DNA of 55,584 nt from Thermoplasmata archaeon (GTDB lineage: Archaea; Thermoplasmatota; Thermoplasmata; Lutacidiplasmatales; UBA184): NCBI GenBank assembly GCA_030038605.1, contig JASHSU010000037.1:1-55584 (forward strand), in the 5' to 3' direction. Made by a program: the position numbers and the translations under genes. The notes under the pieces were generated by a model. The model was not told where the DNA came from, did no database searches, and worked only from the letters and a program-made list of their open reading frames with translations. Shown here in pieces: positions 41,629 through 50,622 of the stretch (its first letter is position 1; every line of letters starts with the position of its first letter).

Positions 41629-44592
41629 ATGTCGACCGAGGAGGCGGGCGGCGGCGCTCCGTCCGCGCACGTCATCCAGCAGCGCGTCCGCGCCTACTGG
41701 GAGGCGACCGGCGTGGTCGCCCGCGCCCTGGAGGTCCCCGAGGAGGGACCTGTCTTCCGGTTCACCGAGGGACCCCCCACCGCCAACGGTCCGCCGCACA
41801 TGGGCCATCTCGTGGCCCGCGTGTTCAAGGACCTGCAGTTGCGGTACCGCCGCCAGAAGGGCGACCGCGTCGTCTCTCTGATGGCCGGCTGGGACTGCCA
41901 CGGCCTGCCGGTCGAGCTCGAGATCGAGAAGCGTCACGGCTTGAAATCGAAGAAAGAGATCGAGACGTACGGCGTGGAGCGGTTCTGCGACGAGTGCCGG
42001 GCGAGCACGCTCGAGGTCGCGGACGTCTGGCGCGCCATGAGCGGACGCCTCGCCTACTGGCTCGATTACGACCACGCCTACCGCACGATGGACCCGGCGT
42101 ACATCGAGAGCGTCTGGTGGTCGCTGCGGACGCTCTTCGACCACGGGCTCCTCGAGAAGGGTCACTACGTCCTGCCCTACTGTCCCCGGTGCGAGACCCC
42201 GCTCGCCTCCCACGAAGTCGCCCAGGGCCACCGCGAGGCGACCGACCCGTCCGTCACCGTGCGGTTCCCGCTCACGAACGCGACGCGCCCCCGTGACCTC
42301 CTCGTCTGGACGACCACGCCCTGGACGCTACCGGCCAACCTCCTCGTTGCGGTCCGCGCCGACCTGGAGTACGCTGTGGTCGCCGACCCGGACGGACAGG
42401 AGTTCGTCCTCGCCTCGAGCGCCGTCCCCCGATACTTCCCGGCGGACGTGCGGGTGGTCGAGCGCCTCCCGGGCCGTGACCTCGCCGACCTCGTCTATCG
42501 CCCTCCGTTCGACGTCGCGGGACCCGGTGCCCACCGCTACCGGGTCGTCCTCGACGACTTCGTCACTGCCGAGGAGGGGACGGGGGTCGTGCACGTCGCC
42601 CCGAGCTTCGGACCGGACGACCAGCGCGTCGGAGCCCGCGAACAGGTCGGGGTGTTCGACCCGCTCGACGGTCGCGGCCTGTTCACGGACCGGGTCCCGC
42701 TCGTCCGGGGCCGGTTCTTCAAGCAGGCCGACCCGATCCTGATGAAGGACCTGGCCGCCCGGGGCCTCGTCTTCCGCTCGGAGACGATCCGCCATGTCTA
42801 CCCATTCTGTTGGCGGTGCGACACGGCGCTGCTCTACCGGGCGATCGACTCGTGGTTCGTCCGTACGTCCCGGTTCACCGAGCGCCTCGTCCGGCACAAC
42901 GCGACGGTGACGTGGGTCCCCACCTACCTGCGGGACGGCCGGTTCGGCAACTTCCTCACCGAGGCGAAGGACTGGGCCCTCTCGCGGAATCGGTACTGGG
43001 GGACGCCGCTGCCGATCTGGATGTGCCCGACGGGCCACGCGACGTGCGTCGGCAGCTTTGAGGAGCTGGCCCGGCTGCAGGGCGCCCCGCTCCCCCAGCC
43101 GTTCGACCCGCACCGGGTGCAGGCGGACCGGATCACGTTCGCGTGCCCCCACTGCGGGTTGACCAGCCGGCGGGAGCCGTACACGATCGACGCGTGGTAC
43201 GACAGCGGGTCGGCGCCGTTCGCCCAGTTCCACTACCCGTTCGAGCCGAGCCCCTTCGACCCGCGGGGGGCGCTCGACCACGTCGCGGAGGGCCTCGACC
43301 AGACGCGGGGATGGTTCTACTCGATGCTCGTCCTCGCAACGTCCCTCTTCGACCGGCCGGCGTACCGCTCGGCGCTGGCGACCGGGATGGTCCTGGACGA
43401 GAGCGGGCGGAAGATGTCCAAGTCCAAGGGGAACGTCCTGGAGCCGATCCCGCTCCTCGACCGTGTCGGAGCTGACCCGGTCCGCTGGACGTTCCTCGCG
43501 GTCGACTTCACCGAACCGATGCGGATCGGGGAGACGACCATCCAGAAGTCGGCCGGGCGGACCCTCGGTGCACTCGCGAACCTGGTCGCGTTCCACACCC
43601 AGAACGCCCGGGCCGACGGGCTTCCCGCGGTGACCTCCCCCCCGGACGCGGCCTCCGCCCTCGACCGGTGGATGCTCTCCCGGCTGGAGGCGACGCGGGC
43701 CGACGTGACGGCGGCGCTCGACGCCTTTGACCCCCGGGGCGCCGTCGTCGCGCTGCGGACGCTGGTCGACGACCTCTCGAACTGGTACGTCCGCCGATCG
43801 CGACCCCGGTTCTGGGGCGCCACGACGCCGGAGGACCGCCGGGCGGCGCACGCCACGCTCTCGTACACCCTCGTCGGGGTGGCGCGACTTCTCGCCCCCC
43901 TCCTCCCGCACACCGCCGAGTGGGTCTACCAGGAGGTCGGCGAGCGCGGCTTCCGCTCCGCAGACGACTCGGTGCACCTGACCCGCTGGCCGGACCAGCT
44001 GGCGACGCGCGACCGCGTGCTCGAACAGGCGATGGACGAGGTGCGGGCCCAGGTGGAGGTCGGACGGGAGCTCCGTCAGCGGGCCGAGGTCAAGGCCCGG
44101 ATCCCGCTCGAAGAACTCGTCCTGGTCGGCCCCGCGACCCCGGCGTCCGCCGCCCTCGGTCCGGAGGGGGACCGACTCCTCGCGGACGAGCTCAACGTCA
44201 CCCGCGTACGTCGGGTCGCGTCCGGCGACGCTTCGATGTTCCCGGCCTCGGACTGGGTCGTCCGGGAGGACGGGGGCACCGTGCGGGCGGCCCTGCCCCG
44301 CGCGCCGACCCCGGCCCTCCGGGCCGAGGGCTGGTTCCGCGAGGTGACCCGTCGGCTCCAGCAGACCCGCAAGGAGGCCGGTCTGCGTCCCTCGGACCAC
44401 ATCGACCTCACGGTGGCGTCCACCGGGGAGGTCCTCGCCGCCCTTCGCGCTCGGGAGGGCCGGCTGCGCGACGAGCTCCTCGCGGAACGGCTGGAGCTGG
44501 TCGACGGGGACCTCGCCGAGGGGGACGGCGTCCGTCGGTGGGACCTGGACGGCACCGCGTTCAGTGCGCGGCTCGTCCGATGGGCGGCGTGA
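41629..44592 (+). CDS. ileS: Isoleucine--tRNA ligase
   Basis: 987 aa. It has a class I HIGH-type motif (PPTANGPPHMGHL), KMSKS (RKMSKSKGN) and CP1 editing-domain motifs (WTTTPWTLPAN). Confidence 0.95.
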   Translation: MSTEEAGGGAPSAHVIQQRVRAYWEATGVVARALEVPEEGPVFRFTEGPPTANGPPHMGHLVARVFKDLQLRYRRQKGDRVVSLMAGWDCHGLPVELEIEKRHGLKSKKEIETYGVERFCDECRASTLEVADVWRAMSGRLAYWLDYDHAYRTMDPAYIESVWWSLRTLFDHGLLEKGHYVLPYCPRCETPLASHEVAQGHREATDPSVTVRFPLTNATRPRDLLVWTTTPWTLPANLLVAVRADLEYAVVADPDGQEFVLASSAVPRYFPADVRVVERLPGRDLADLVYRPPFDVAGPGAHRYRVVLDDFVTAEEGTGVVHVAPSFGPDDQRVGAREQVGVFDPLDGRGLFTDRVPLVRGRFFKQADPILMKDLAARGLVFRSETIRHVYPFCWRCDTALLYRAIDSWFVRTSRFTERLVRHNATVTWVPTYLRDGRFGNFLTEAKDWALSRNRYWGTPLPIWMCPTGHATCVGSFEELARLQGAPLPQPFDPHRVQADRITFACPHCGLTSRREPYTIDAWYDSGSAPFAQFHYPFEPSPFDPRGALDHVAEGLDQTRGWFYSMLVLATSLFDRPAYRSALATGMVLDESGRKMSKSKGNVLEPIPLLDRVGADPVRWTFLAVDFTEPMRIGETTIQKSAGRTLGALANLVAFHTQNARADGLPAVTSPPDAASALDRWMLSRLEATRADVTAALDAFDPRGAVVALRTLVDDLSNWYVRRSRPRFWGATTPEDRRAAHATLSYTLVGVARLLAPLLPHTAEWVYQEVGERGFRSADDSVHLTRWPDQLATRDRVLEQAMDEVRAQVEVGRELRQRAEVKARIPLEELVLVGPATPASAALGPEGDRLLADELNVTRVRRVASGDASMFPASDWVVREDGGTVRAALPRAPTPALRAEGWFREVTRRLQQTRKEAGLRPSDHIDLTVASTGEVLAALRAREGRLRDELLAERLELVDGDLAEGDGVRRWDLDGTAFSARLVRWAA

Positions 44593-45202
44593 ACGGTTCC
44601 CGGTGGACCGCCCCGTGCGGACGCGTTTCGACGAACACCTCGGCCTCGAAGCGACGGACCCGCACCCGTCGGTCCTGCCAGGCGTCGGGGGGCAGCCCGG
44701 CCTTTTGGCAGGTCCCCTCGAGCAGCTCGACGGCGCCCCACCCTTGCTCCGTGGCCACTTGTGGCAGCAGAAGCCCGCTGGTGCCGTACCCGTCAATGAT
44801 CAGACCGTCCCGGCCGGCGACGACCGCCGCGGCGACGGCCCGCGGGTCCGACCCCGGCACGACCTGGGGGATCGTCAGGGCGGACACCTCGACCGTCAAC
44901 GCATCCATCTCCGACGGAGCGACCGGCGGGAATCGGGGGTCCTCGGTCGCGGCGGCGACCGCGACGTCCCGGATCGCCGTACCGAGCGGCGCGACCGGGA
45001 GCGGATACCCGATGCAGCCCCGCAGTTCGCCGCTCGGGAACTGCTTCAACGTCACGAAGACGCCCCGCGCCTCGTGGAACGCCCGGGGCAGCCCCTCGTC
45101 GTCCGGCAACGCCGAGCCCCGGGGGGCCCCCACGTCCAGGGACCGCTCGATCGCCACGCGGGCGAGGTGCACGGCCCGCTCACCGTCGGCGTCGGAGAGC
45201 AT
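44561..45202 (-). CDS. AMMECR1 domain protein
   Basis: 213 aa with GVFVTLK and the hallmark LRGCIGYP. Its 3' end overlaps the ileS 3' end by 32 nt (convergent). Confidence 0.85.
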   Translation of the reverse strand: MLSDADGERAVHLARVAIERSLDVGAPRGSALPDDEGLPRAFHEARGVFVTLKQFPSGELRGCIGYPLPVAPLGTAIRDVAVAAATEDPRFPPVAPSEMDALTVEVSALTIPQVVPGSDPRAVAAAVVAGRDGLIIDGYGTSGLLLPQVATEQGWGAVELLEGTCQKAGLPPDAWQDRRVRVRRFEAEVFVETRPHGAVHREPFTPPIGRAAH

Positions 45203-45253
45203 GACCGGGGGAGGGACCGCTCGCGGAAATCGGTTCCCCGCCGGTCGTTCGCC

Positions 45254-45260
45254 TTTTATA
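45254..45260 (+). promoter_or_regulatory. TATA box TTTTATA upstream of rpl40e
   Basis: Lies 26-32 nt upstream of ATG 45286, consistent with a leaderless archaeal promoter. Confidence 0.55.
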
Positions 45261-45285
45261 GGCCGGACTAGGTCCCGCCGTCCTC

Positions 45286-45438
45286 ATGCCGTTCCCCGAG
45301 GCGGTCGAGCGCCTGCTCAACAAGAAGATCTGCATGAACTGCTCGGCCCGGAATCCGCCCAAGGCCGTCCAGTGCCGGCGCTGCGGCTACCACGGCCTGC
45401 GGGTGAAGTCGCGCGAGCGGTCCGGCAAGACCGCCTAG
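45286..45438 (+). CDS. rpl40e: 50S ribosomal protein L40e
   Basis: Not in the ORF track (50 aa). Translation gives [50 protein letters not shown]. The CxxC...CxxC zinc ribbon and the LLNKKICM motif are characteristic of archaeal L40e. Confidence 0.9.
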   Translation: MPFPEAVERLLNKKICMNCSARNPPKAVQCRRCGYHGLRVKSRERSGKTA

Positions 45439-45444
45439 GCCGGC

Positions 45445-46239
45445 TCACGCCGGCGGGGCGCGGGACTCGGTCTCCCGCCCGAACGGAGTCGGGGCCCCCA
45501 TCTTGAGCTCCCGGGCGACCGCGAGGCGCTTGCGCACGAGGAACAGGAAGTTCCGGGACCCGTCCCGCCAGCTGGACAGCTTGGGCAGTCCCCACCGCTC
45601 GCCGTAGCGGATCGGCACTTCCGCGACCTTGAGGCCGCGCAGGATCGCCTCGACCTTCAACTCCTCGCTGAACGCCATCCCGTCCTGCGTGAGGGCGACC
45701 CGGTCCAGGACCGACCGGCGGAACACCCAGAAGCCGGACTGGCTGTCCTCCAGCGTCCGCGCGGGCAGTTCCTTGAGGTAGTGATGGTAGGCGACGTGGA
45801 GGAACGTGTTGAGGATCCAGTTGCCGATCCGGTGCTCCGTCGTCATCGACCGGCGGTCGAGATACGCCATGCGATTGCCGGTCAGGAAGTCCAGGTGGTG
45901 GTCGAGTAGCTCACGGACCAGCCGGGGGATCTCCGCGACGGGATACGTACCGTCCCCGTCGGACGTCGCCAGGATCTCCCCCGTCGCGGCGGCGAACCCG
46001 GTCTTGTAGGCGCGGCCGTACCCCCGCCGTCGCTCGACCAGGACCCGGGCGCCCTCCTGGGCGGCGATCGTTCCCGTCCCGTCCGTCGACGCCCCGTCCA
46101 CGACCAGGACCTCCCACGTGATCGGGTCGCTCGCGAACTCGGCCCGGTTGGCGGCGTCGGCCGCGGCCCGGAACGTCCGCAGGACGTTCCCGATGGAGCC
46201 CGATTCGTTGAGGGTCGGGATGACGAGCGAGGCTCGCAT
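45445..46239 (-). CDS. Family 2 glycosyltransferase (dolichyl-phosphate hexose synthase-like)
   Basis: ATG 46239 (MRASLVIPTLNESGSI) is preferred over the track start 46305. Motifs are VVDGASTDGT and DGDGTYP (DxD). Confidence 0.8.
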   Translation of the reverse strand: MRASLVIPTLNESGSIGNVLRTFRAAADAANRAEFASDPITWEVLVVDGASTDGTGTIAAQEGARVLVERRRGYGRAYKTGFAAATGEILATSDGDGTYPVAEIPRLVRELLDHHLDFLTGNRMAYLDRRSMTTEHRIGNWILNTFLHVAYHHYLKELPARTLEDSQSGFWVFRRSVLDRVALTQDGMAFSEELKVEAILRGLKVAEVPIRYGERWGLPKLSSWRDGSRNFLFLVRKRLAVARELKMGAPTPFGRETESRAPPA

Positions 46240-46331
46240 CGCCGACCAAGGGTGCGTCAGCCCCTTTAACCCCTCGCCGCCCCTCCGGCGACCACGTCGT
46301 CCCACGCTGCCCGCGCCCCGCCGGCCCGCCG

Positions 46332-46740
46332 GTGGGGGAGTTTTCCGACGACCGCCGATGTCGGCGTCTGGGCCCGGGGCGCGAACGCCGCGGCGCTCCT
46401 GGAGGGGCTCGGACTCGGCCTGTTCGCGTTGATGACCGACCTGCGCACGGTCCGGGCGGTCGAGGAGCGGGCCGTCAGCGCCTCCGGCGACGATCCGTCG
46501 AGCCTGGTGGTCGCCTACCTGAGCGAGTTGCTCCGGCTTCAGTCCGAGGGCGACTTTCTCGTCCGCGCGGTCGAAGCACGGCCGGTCGGTTCACCGCCCA
46601 CGGCGGTCGTGGCGAGCGTGCGGGGCGAGACGTTCGACCCGAGTCGCCACCCGGTGAAGACCGAGGTGAAGGCCATCACGTTCCACCGCCTCGAATTCGA
46701 CACCGCCCGGGGTCGGGCCCGGGTCATCGTCGATATCTGA
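46332..46740 (+). CDS. Archease (apparent frame discontinuity between the only plausible start and the conserved body)
   Basis: The body frame (codon starts at 1 mod 3) reads RRWGSFPTTADVGVWARGANAAALLEGLGLGLFALMTDLRTV...KAITFHRLEFDTARGRARVIVDI. This matches the archease pattern (x-HTAD-[VI]G...G; ...KA[IV]T.H...). The first in-frame canonical starts are TTG 46426 / ATG 46429, after the conserved N-terminal strand. GTG 46332 is in another frame, immediately before a G5 run. Confidence 0.6.
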
Positions 46741-46756
46741 TCGACCCCGCCGGTCG

Positions 46757-47896
46757 TCAGGGCATGTGGTCGACCACGGCGCGGACGCCGGCCCCGGGCG
46801 CGGGCAGTCGGCCGTGTCGGGCGAGGATCCGCTCGAGCGCCGCGAAGGTGACGAGGACGTCCGGCCAGTCGGCGATGCCCATGTGACCGATCCGGAAGAT
46901 CTTGCCGGTGGCCGCGCCCTGCCCGCCCTGGACCAGGATGTTGTACTCCTTCTCCAGGGTCTTGCGGACCTCGGGGTCGCCGAGCCCGTCCGGGTTGCGG
47001 AACGCCGTGACCGTGTCGGACGCATGCGACTTGACGGGGAACAGCTCCAAACCGAGCGCCTCACCCGCGGCCCGGCAGGCCTCGGCGAGTCGGCGGCTGT
47101 GCGCCAGCCGGTGGTCGAGTCCCTCTTCCTTGAGGAGCAGCAGCGCTTCGCGCAGGGCGAGAAACAACGGTACCGCCGGCGTCCAGGGAGTATCGTTCTT
47201 CTCGAGCGGAGTCACGTGGGCCTTGAGGTCAAGGTAGAACGACCCGGGGTGCAAGGCGGCGACGGCCCGGTCCGAGAGGTGGACGAGGGCGAGCCCCGCC
47301 GGCGCGGCGAGCCCCTTCTGGGAGCCCCCGACGATCGCGTCGATCCCCCACTCCCGGATCTGGATCGGTATCCCCGCCACGGCGCTGATCCCGTCGACCA
47401 GCAGGAGCGGTGAGCCGGCGCGCTTGACCTCGGCGGCGATGCCCCCCAGGTCGTTGGTGAGGCCGACGCTGGTCTCGTTGTGCACGAGGCAGACTGCGCT
47501 CACGTCGCCCTTCTCGAGCTCGGCGCGGACGGCCGAAGGGGCGATCGGCTGACCCCACGGCGCAGCGATCGTCGTGACATTCTTCGCGTACTTCCGGACG
47601 ATCTTGTCGCTCCGCTCGCCGAAGTTGCCGTTGGAGAGAACGACGACCCGACCCTCGGCCGGCAGGAGCGAGGAATACATCGCTTCCAATCCGGCCGTGC
47701 CGCTACCGCTCAGGACGACCTGGGTGCCGGTCGTGCCGAACATCACGGGCAACAGGTCCCGGATCTCCTTGACGACGCCGTGGAAGTAGTCCCCGCGGTG
47801 GTTGAGCGACGACGTCGCCATCGCCCGCAGGACCCGCGGATGGATCTTCACCGGGCCGGCGATCAGGAACGTCGCGGTCTCCGGGTCGAACGTCAT
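46757..47896 (-). CDS. Class V aminotransferase (serine-pyruvate / phosphoserine aminotransferase-like)
   Basis: This is the C-terminal 379 aa of track ORF 46757-48928, starting at MTFDPETATFLIAGPV. It has SGSGTAGLEA and the PLP-lysine region GGSQKGLAAPAGLA. The ATG overlaps the upstream stop (ATGA). Confidence 0.8.
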   Translation of the reverse strand: MTFDPETATFLIAGPVKIHPRVLRAMATSSLNHRGDYFHGVVKEIRDLLPVMFGTTGTQVVLSGSGTAGLEAMYSSLLPAEGRVVVLSNGNFGERSDKIVRKYAKNVTTIAAPWGQPIAPSAVRAELEKGDVSAVCLVHNETSVGLTNDLGGIAAEVKRAGSPLLLVDGISAVAGIPIQIREWGIDAIVGGSQKGLAAPAGLALVHLSDRAVAALHPGSFYLDLKAHVTPLEKNDTPWTPAVPLFLALREALLLLKEEGLDHRLAHSRRLAEACRAAGEALGLELFPVKSHASDTVTAFRNPDGLGDPEVRKTLEKEYNILVQGGQGAATGKIFRIGHMGIADWPDVLVTFAALERILARHGRLPAPGAGVRAVVDHMP

Positions 47897-48846
47897 CGCG
47901 CGCCCCCGGGCGTGGGGACCGGGTAGCGGAGGGGCTCTCCGGCGAGCGCCCGCAACACCTCGTCGACGACGTCCGCCCCGGCGCGGGACTGCGCTTCGTG
48001 GGTCGAGGCGCCCAGGTGCGGCGTGGCGATCACGTTCGGATGCTCTACGAGCGCGCGGTTCATCGGTGGTTCCTCCTCGAAAACGTCGAGCGCGGCCCCC
48101 GCGACCTGGCCCGAGCCCAGGGCGGCGAGCAGGGCGGCCTCGTCCACGAGGGCGCCGCGGGCGACATTGACCAGGAACGCACCGCGGCGCATCTTTGCGA
48201 ACGCCGCGGCGTTGAGCAGGTGGTGATTCTCCGGGGTCAGGGCCGCATGGACGCTGACGATGTCCGAACGGGCCAGCAGTTCGTCGAGCGGAACGATCGA
48301 CGTGCCGTCCGTGGTCGAGGTAACGAACGGGTCGAAGGCGACCGAAGTGGCACCGAACGGGACGAGCCGCTGGGCGACCTCGCGTGCGATTCGGCCGTAG
48401 CCGATGAACCCAACCGTCCGACCGGCCAGTTCGTGACCGGACGTGCCCCGCTCCCACTTGCCACCTCGTGTGGAGTTGACCTTGGGGAGCAGGCCCCGGA
48501 CGAGGAGCAGGTAGAAGGTGACCGAGAGCTCGGCCACGCTGACCGTAGCGGCCGCGGGCGCGTTGACGACCGTCACCGCGTGGGCGCCGGCAGCCGCCAG
48601 GTCGACGTTGTCGACGCCGACCCCCGCCCGGGCGACCAGCTTCAACTGCGGCGCGGAAGCGAACAGCTTCGCATCGACTTTCGTCCGACTCCGTACGACA
48701 AGGCCCCAGGCCGTCGGAAGGACTTCCGCCAGACGGCTCGGGTCGGCGCTCACGTCGTCCACGACGCACGGACCGGAGCGCAGCCGTGCGACCGCAGCGG
48801 CGTCGATCGGGTCGGCGACGACGACGTGCCGCTGGGACGACATCAT
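47893..48846 (-). CDS. D-isomer-specific 2-hydroxyacid dehydrogenase (D-3-phosphoglycerate dehydrogenase-like, no ACT domain)
   Basis: Starts at the internal ATG 48846 (MMSSQRHVVVAD). NAD motif GFIGYGRIAREVA, and catalytic region VARGALVDE...ATPHLGAST. Confidence 0.8.
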   Translation of the reverse strand: MMSSQRHVVVADPIDAAAVARLRSGPCVVDDVSADPSRLAEVLPTAWGLVVRSRTKVDAKLFASAPQLKLVARAGVGVDNVDLAAAGAHAVTVVNAPAAATVSVAELSVTFYLLLVRGLLPKVNSTRGGKWERGTSGHELAGRTVGFIGYGRIAREVAQRLVPFGATSVAFDPFVTSTTDGTSIVPLDELLARSDIVSVHAALTPENHHLLNAAAFAKMRRGAFLVNVARGALVDEAALLAALGSGQVAGAALDVFEEEPPMNRALVEHPNVIATPHLGASTHEAQSRAGADVVDEVLRALAGEPLRYPVPTPGGAR

Positions 48847-48890
48847 CCGCGGACCTCGGGGCGCTTGAAAACGGTTGCCCGCCGCGCCGG

Positions 48891-49841
48891 TCACGCGGCC
48901 TTCGGAACCGCGACCTTCTCGAGGGCATTGCGCACGACGTCCTCGCCGCGCACCCCCCGGATCCACGGTTCCGGCTTCACGACGACGCGATGCGCCAAGG
49001 CCGGCAGCGCCAGCGCCTTCACGTCGTCCGGCAGGACGAAGTCACGGCCCTCGAGCAGGGCGCGGGCCCGTACGAGCTTCTGCAGGGCGAGCGAGCCCCG
49101 CGGGGAGGCCCCGACCTCGGCCCGCGGGTCGGCGCGGGTCGCGCGGACCACGTCGAGGAGGTACTGCGCCACGGACGCTTCGACCTCGATCGACTCGACC
49201 GCACTTTGCAACTCCAGGAAGGCGGTCCCGGTGGTGACGGCGGGGACGGCCACCTGTTCGGTCATCCGGGCCCGGCGGCGTTGCAGGATCGTGCTCTCCT
49301 CCTCCGCCGTGGGGTACCCGACACGCAGGCGCATCAGGAATCGGTCGACCTGGGCCTCTGGGAGCGCGTACGTCCCCTCGAGCTCGATCGGGTTCTCGGT
49401 CGCCAGCACGAGGAACGGACGGGGCAGCGGGTAGGTCGACCGCTCGCTGGTCACCTGGTACTCCTGCATCGCCTCGAGCAGGGCCGACTGGACCTTGGGC
49501 GGCGCCCGGTTGATTTCGTCGGCGAGCAGGACGTTGGTGAAGATCGGACCTTGCCGGAACGCGAACGAGCCGCTCTTCGGGTCCAGCACCTCGCCACCGG
49601 TGATGTCGTGCGGGAGGAGGTCGGCGGTGAACTGGACCCGCTGGAACTGGAGGCCGAGGGCCGCGGCGAACGATTTGGCCATCAGTGTCTTGCCGAGTCC
49701 GGGAAGGTCCTCGATCAGCAGATGACCGTCGGCCATCAGGCCGATCAGGATCTGCTCGACCGCGACGTCCCGTCCCACCACGGCGGTCCGCACGGCGGCC
49801 CGGATCCGGTTGGCGAGGTCGGCCGCCTCCGTGGGTTGCAT
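48891..49841 (-). CDS. MoxR-family AAA+ ATPase
   Basis: 316 aa. Walker A-like EDLPGLGKT, Walker B LLADEINRAPPKVQSALLEAMQE, and RF.MRL are typical of AAA_3/MoxR. Confidence 0.9.
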   Translation of the reverse strand: MQPTEAADLANRIRAAVRTAVVGRDVAVEQILIGLMADGHLLIEDLPGLGKTLMAKSFAAALGLQFQRVQFTADLLPHDITGGEVLDPKSGSFAFRQGPIFTNVLLADEINRAPPKVQSALLEAMQEYQVTSERSTYPLPRPFLVLATENPIELEGTYALPEAQVDRFLMRLRVGYPTAEEESTILQRRRARMTEQVAVPAVTTGTAFLELQSAVESIEVEASVAQYLLDVVRATRADPRAEVGASPRGSLALQKLVRARALLEGRDFVLPDDVKALALPALAHRVVVKPEPWIRGVRGEDVVRNALEKVAVPKAA

Positions 49842-49871
49842 GCGGGCGTCGCCAGACCGAGGGCGGGCCCC

Positions 49872-49878
49872 CTATAAC
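49872..49878 (-). promoter_or_regulatory. TATA-like box (GTTATAG on minus strand) upstream of moxR
   Basis: Plus strand reads ctataac. It lies 31-37 nt upstream of ATG 49841, at the edge of a 256-bp non-coding gap. Confidence 0.4.
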
Positions 49879-50097
49879 ACCGGGGAGGCCCCTCCCCCTG
49901 TTCCCCGGCCGTAACGATCCGCCTCATGGCTGGCGCACGCCGCCTCCGCGGTCTGACCCCGGCCGGGGGTGTCGGACACCGGGGTTGTCCTCACGTCATC
50001 CTCGGCGGACGACCCGTCCGCGTTGAGTCGAGAGGGACCCTTCGTCGGTACCCGGGCACGGGCGTACCCGCGCCGGCCACCGGAACCACCGGGGCCG

Positions 50098-50622
50098 CTA
50101 TGAGCTTGCCGACGGGTCGCGGTCGAACGACCGGGGTGAGGCGAGAAGGAGGACCACCGCCGCGAGGCTGAACAGTAGCAGCGCCACCGCGACGCCCACC
50201 GTCCCGAGCCCGGAGGGAAGGAGGTCCGCGCTCAGCAGCGCGAGGGCGAACCCGAGGGCAGGGATGGCTAGGGCGCCCAGACCCCGGCGCAGAGCGCCGG
50301 GCGCCCGGCCGGGCTCCTCCGCACACCAGAACAGGAGCGCGAGGCCGGTCGCACCGGCCACGACGGCCGGCACAACACCGACCGGGGTCTCGACCGCCAG
50401 GATCGCCAGGACGCCCAGCGCGGGCAGCAGGCCGAGGAAACCCGAGGAGGCGGGGAGCAACCCCCGCACCAGGCTCGCCAGCGTTGCCCCCGCGACCGCC
50501 AGCACCGCGCTGAGGACGAACGGCCAGCTCGCCAGCGAGCCGAACACCAGGAAGGAGACCAGGAGGAGACCGTACGCCGGGCCGAAGCTCCGGCGCCAGA
50601 ACGCCGCATCGAGACGCCTCAT
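50098..50622 (-). CDS. Polytopic membrane protein (hypothetical)
   Basis: Internal ATG 50622 (MRRLDAAFWRRSFGPAYGLLLVSFLVFG...) overlaps the DUF58 gene stop (ATGA). About 5 hydrophobic helices. Confidence 0.6.
   Translation of the reverse strand: MRRLDAAFWRRSFGPAYGLLLVSFLVFGSLASWPFVLSAVLAVAGATLASLVRGLLPASSGFLGLLPALGVLAILAVETPVGVVPAVVAGATGLALLFWCAEEPGRAPGALRRGLGALAIPALGFALALLSADLLPSGLGTVGVAVALLLFSLAAVVLLLASPRSFDRDPSASS

Noticed and set aside
42328-44796. 822-aa minus-strand ORF
   Set aside because: It is antisense to ileS, whose class I synthetase motifs are unambiguous. Its composition is Arg/Pro/Gly-dominated.
46757-48928. Single 723-aa ORF on the minus strand
   Set aside because: Only the C-terminal 379 aa (from ATG 47896) is a real class V aminotransferase. 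The N-terminal 340 aa are Arg/Gly/Pro junk read out of frame across the dehydrogenase gene (47893-48846), which has its own convincing frame.
49842-50097. 256-bp non-coding gap upstream of moxR inspected for a tRNA or small ORF
   Set aside because: There is no T-loop (GTTCGAATC/GTTCAAATC-like) or cloverleaf-compatible arms on either strand. I also saw no small ORF with a recognisable motif. It probably holds only the moxR promoter. No T-loop-like sequence was noticed anywhere else in the window either.
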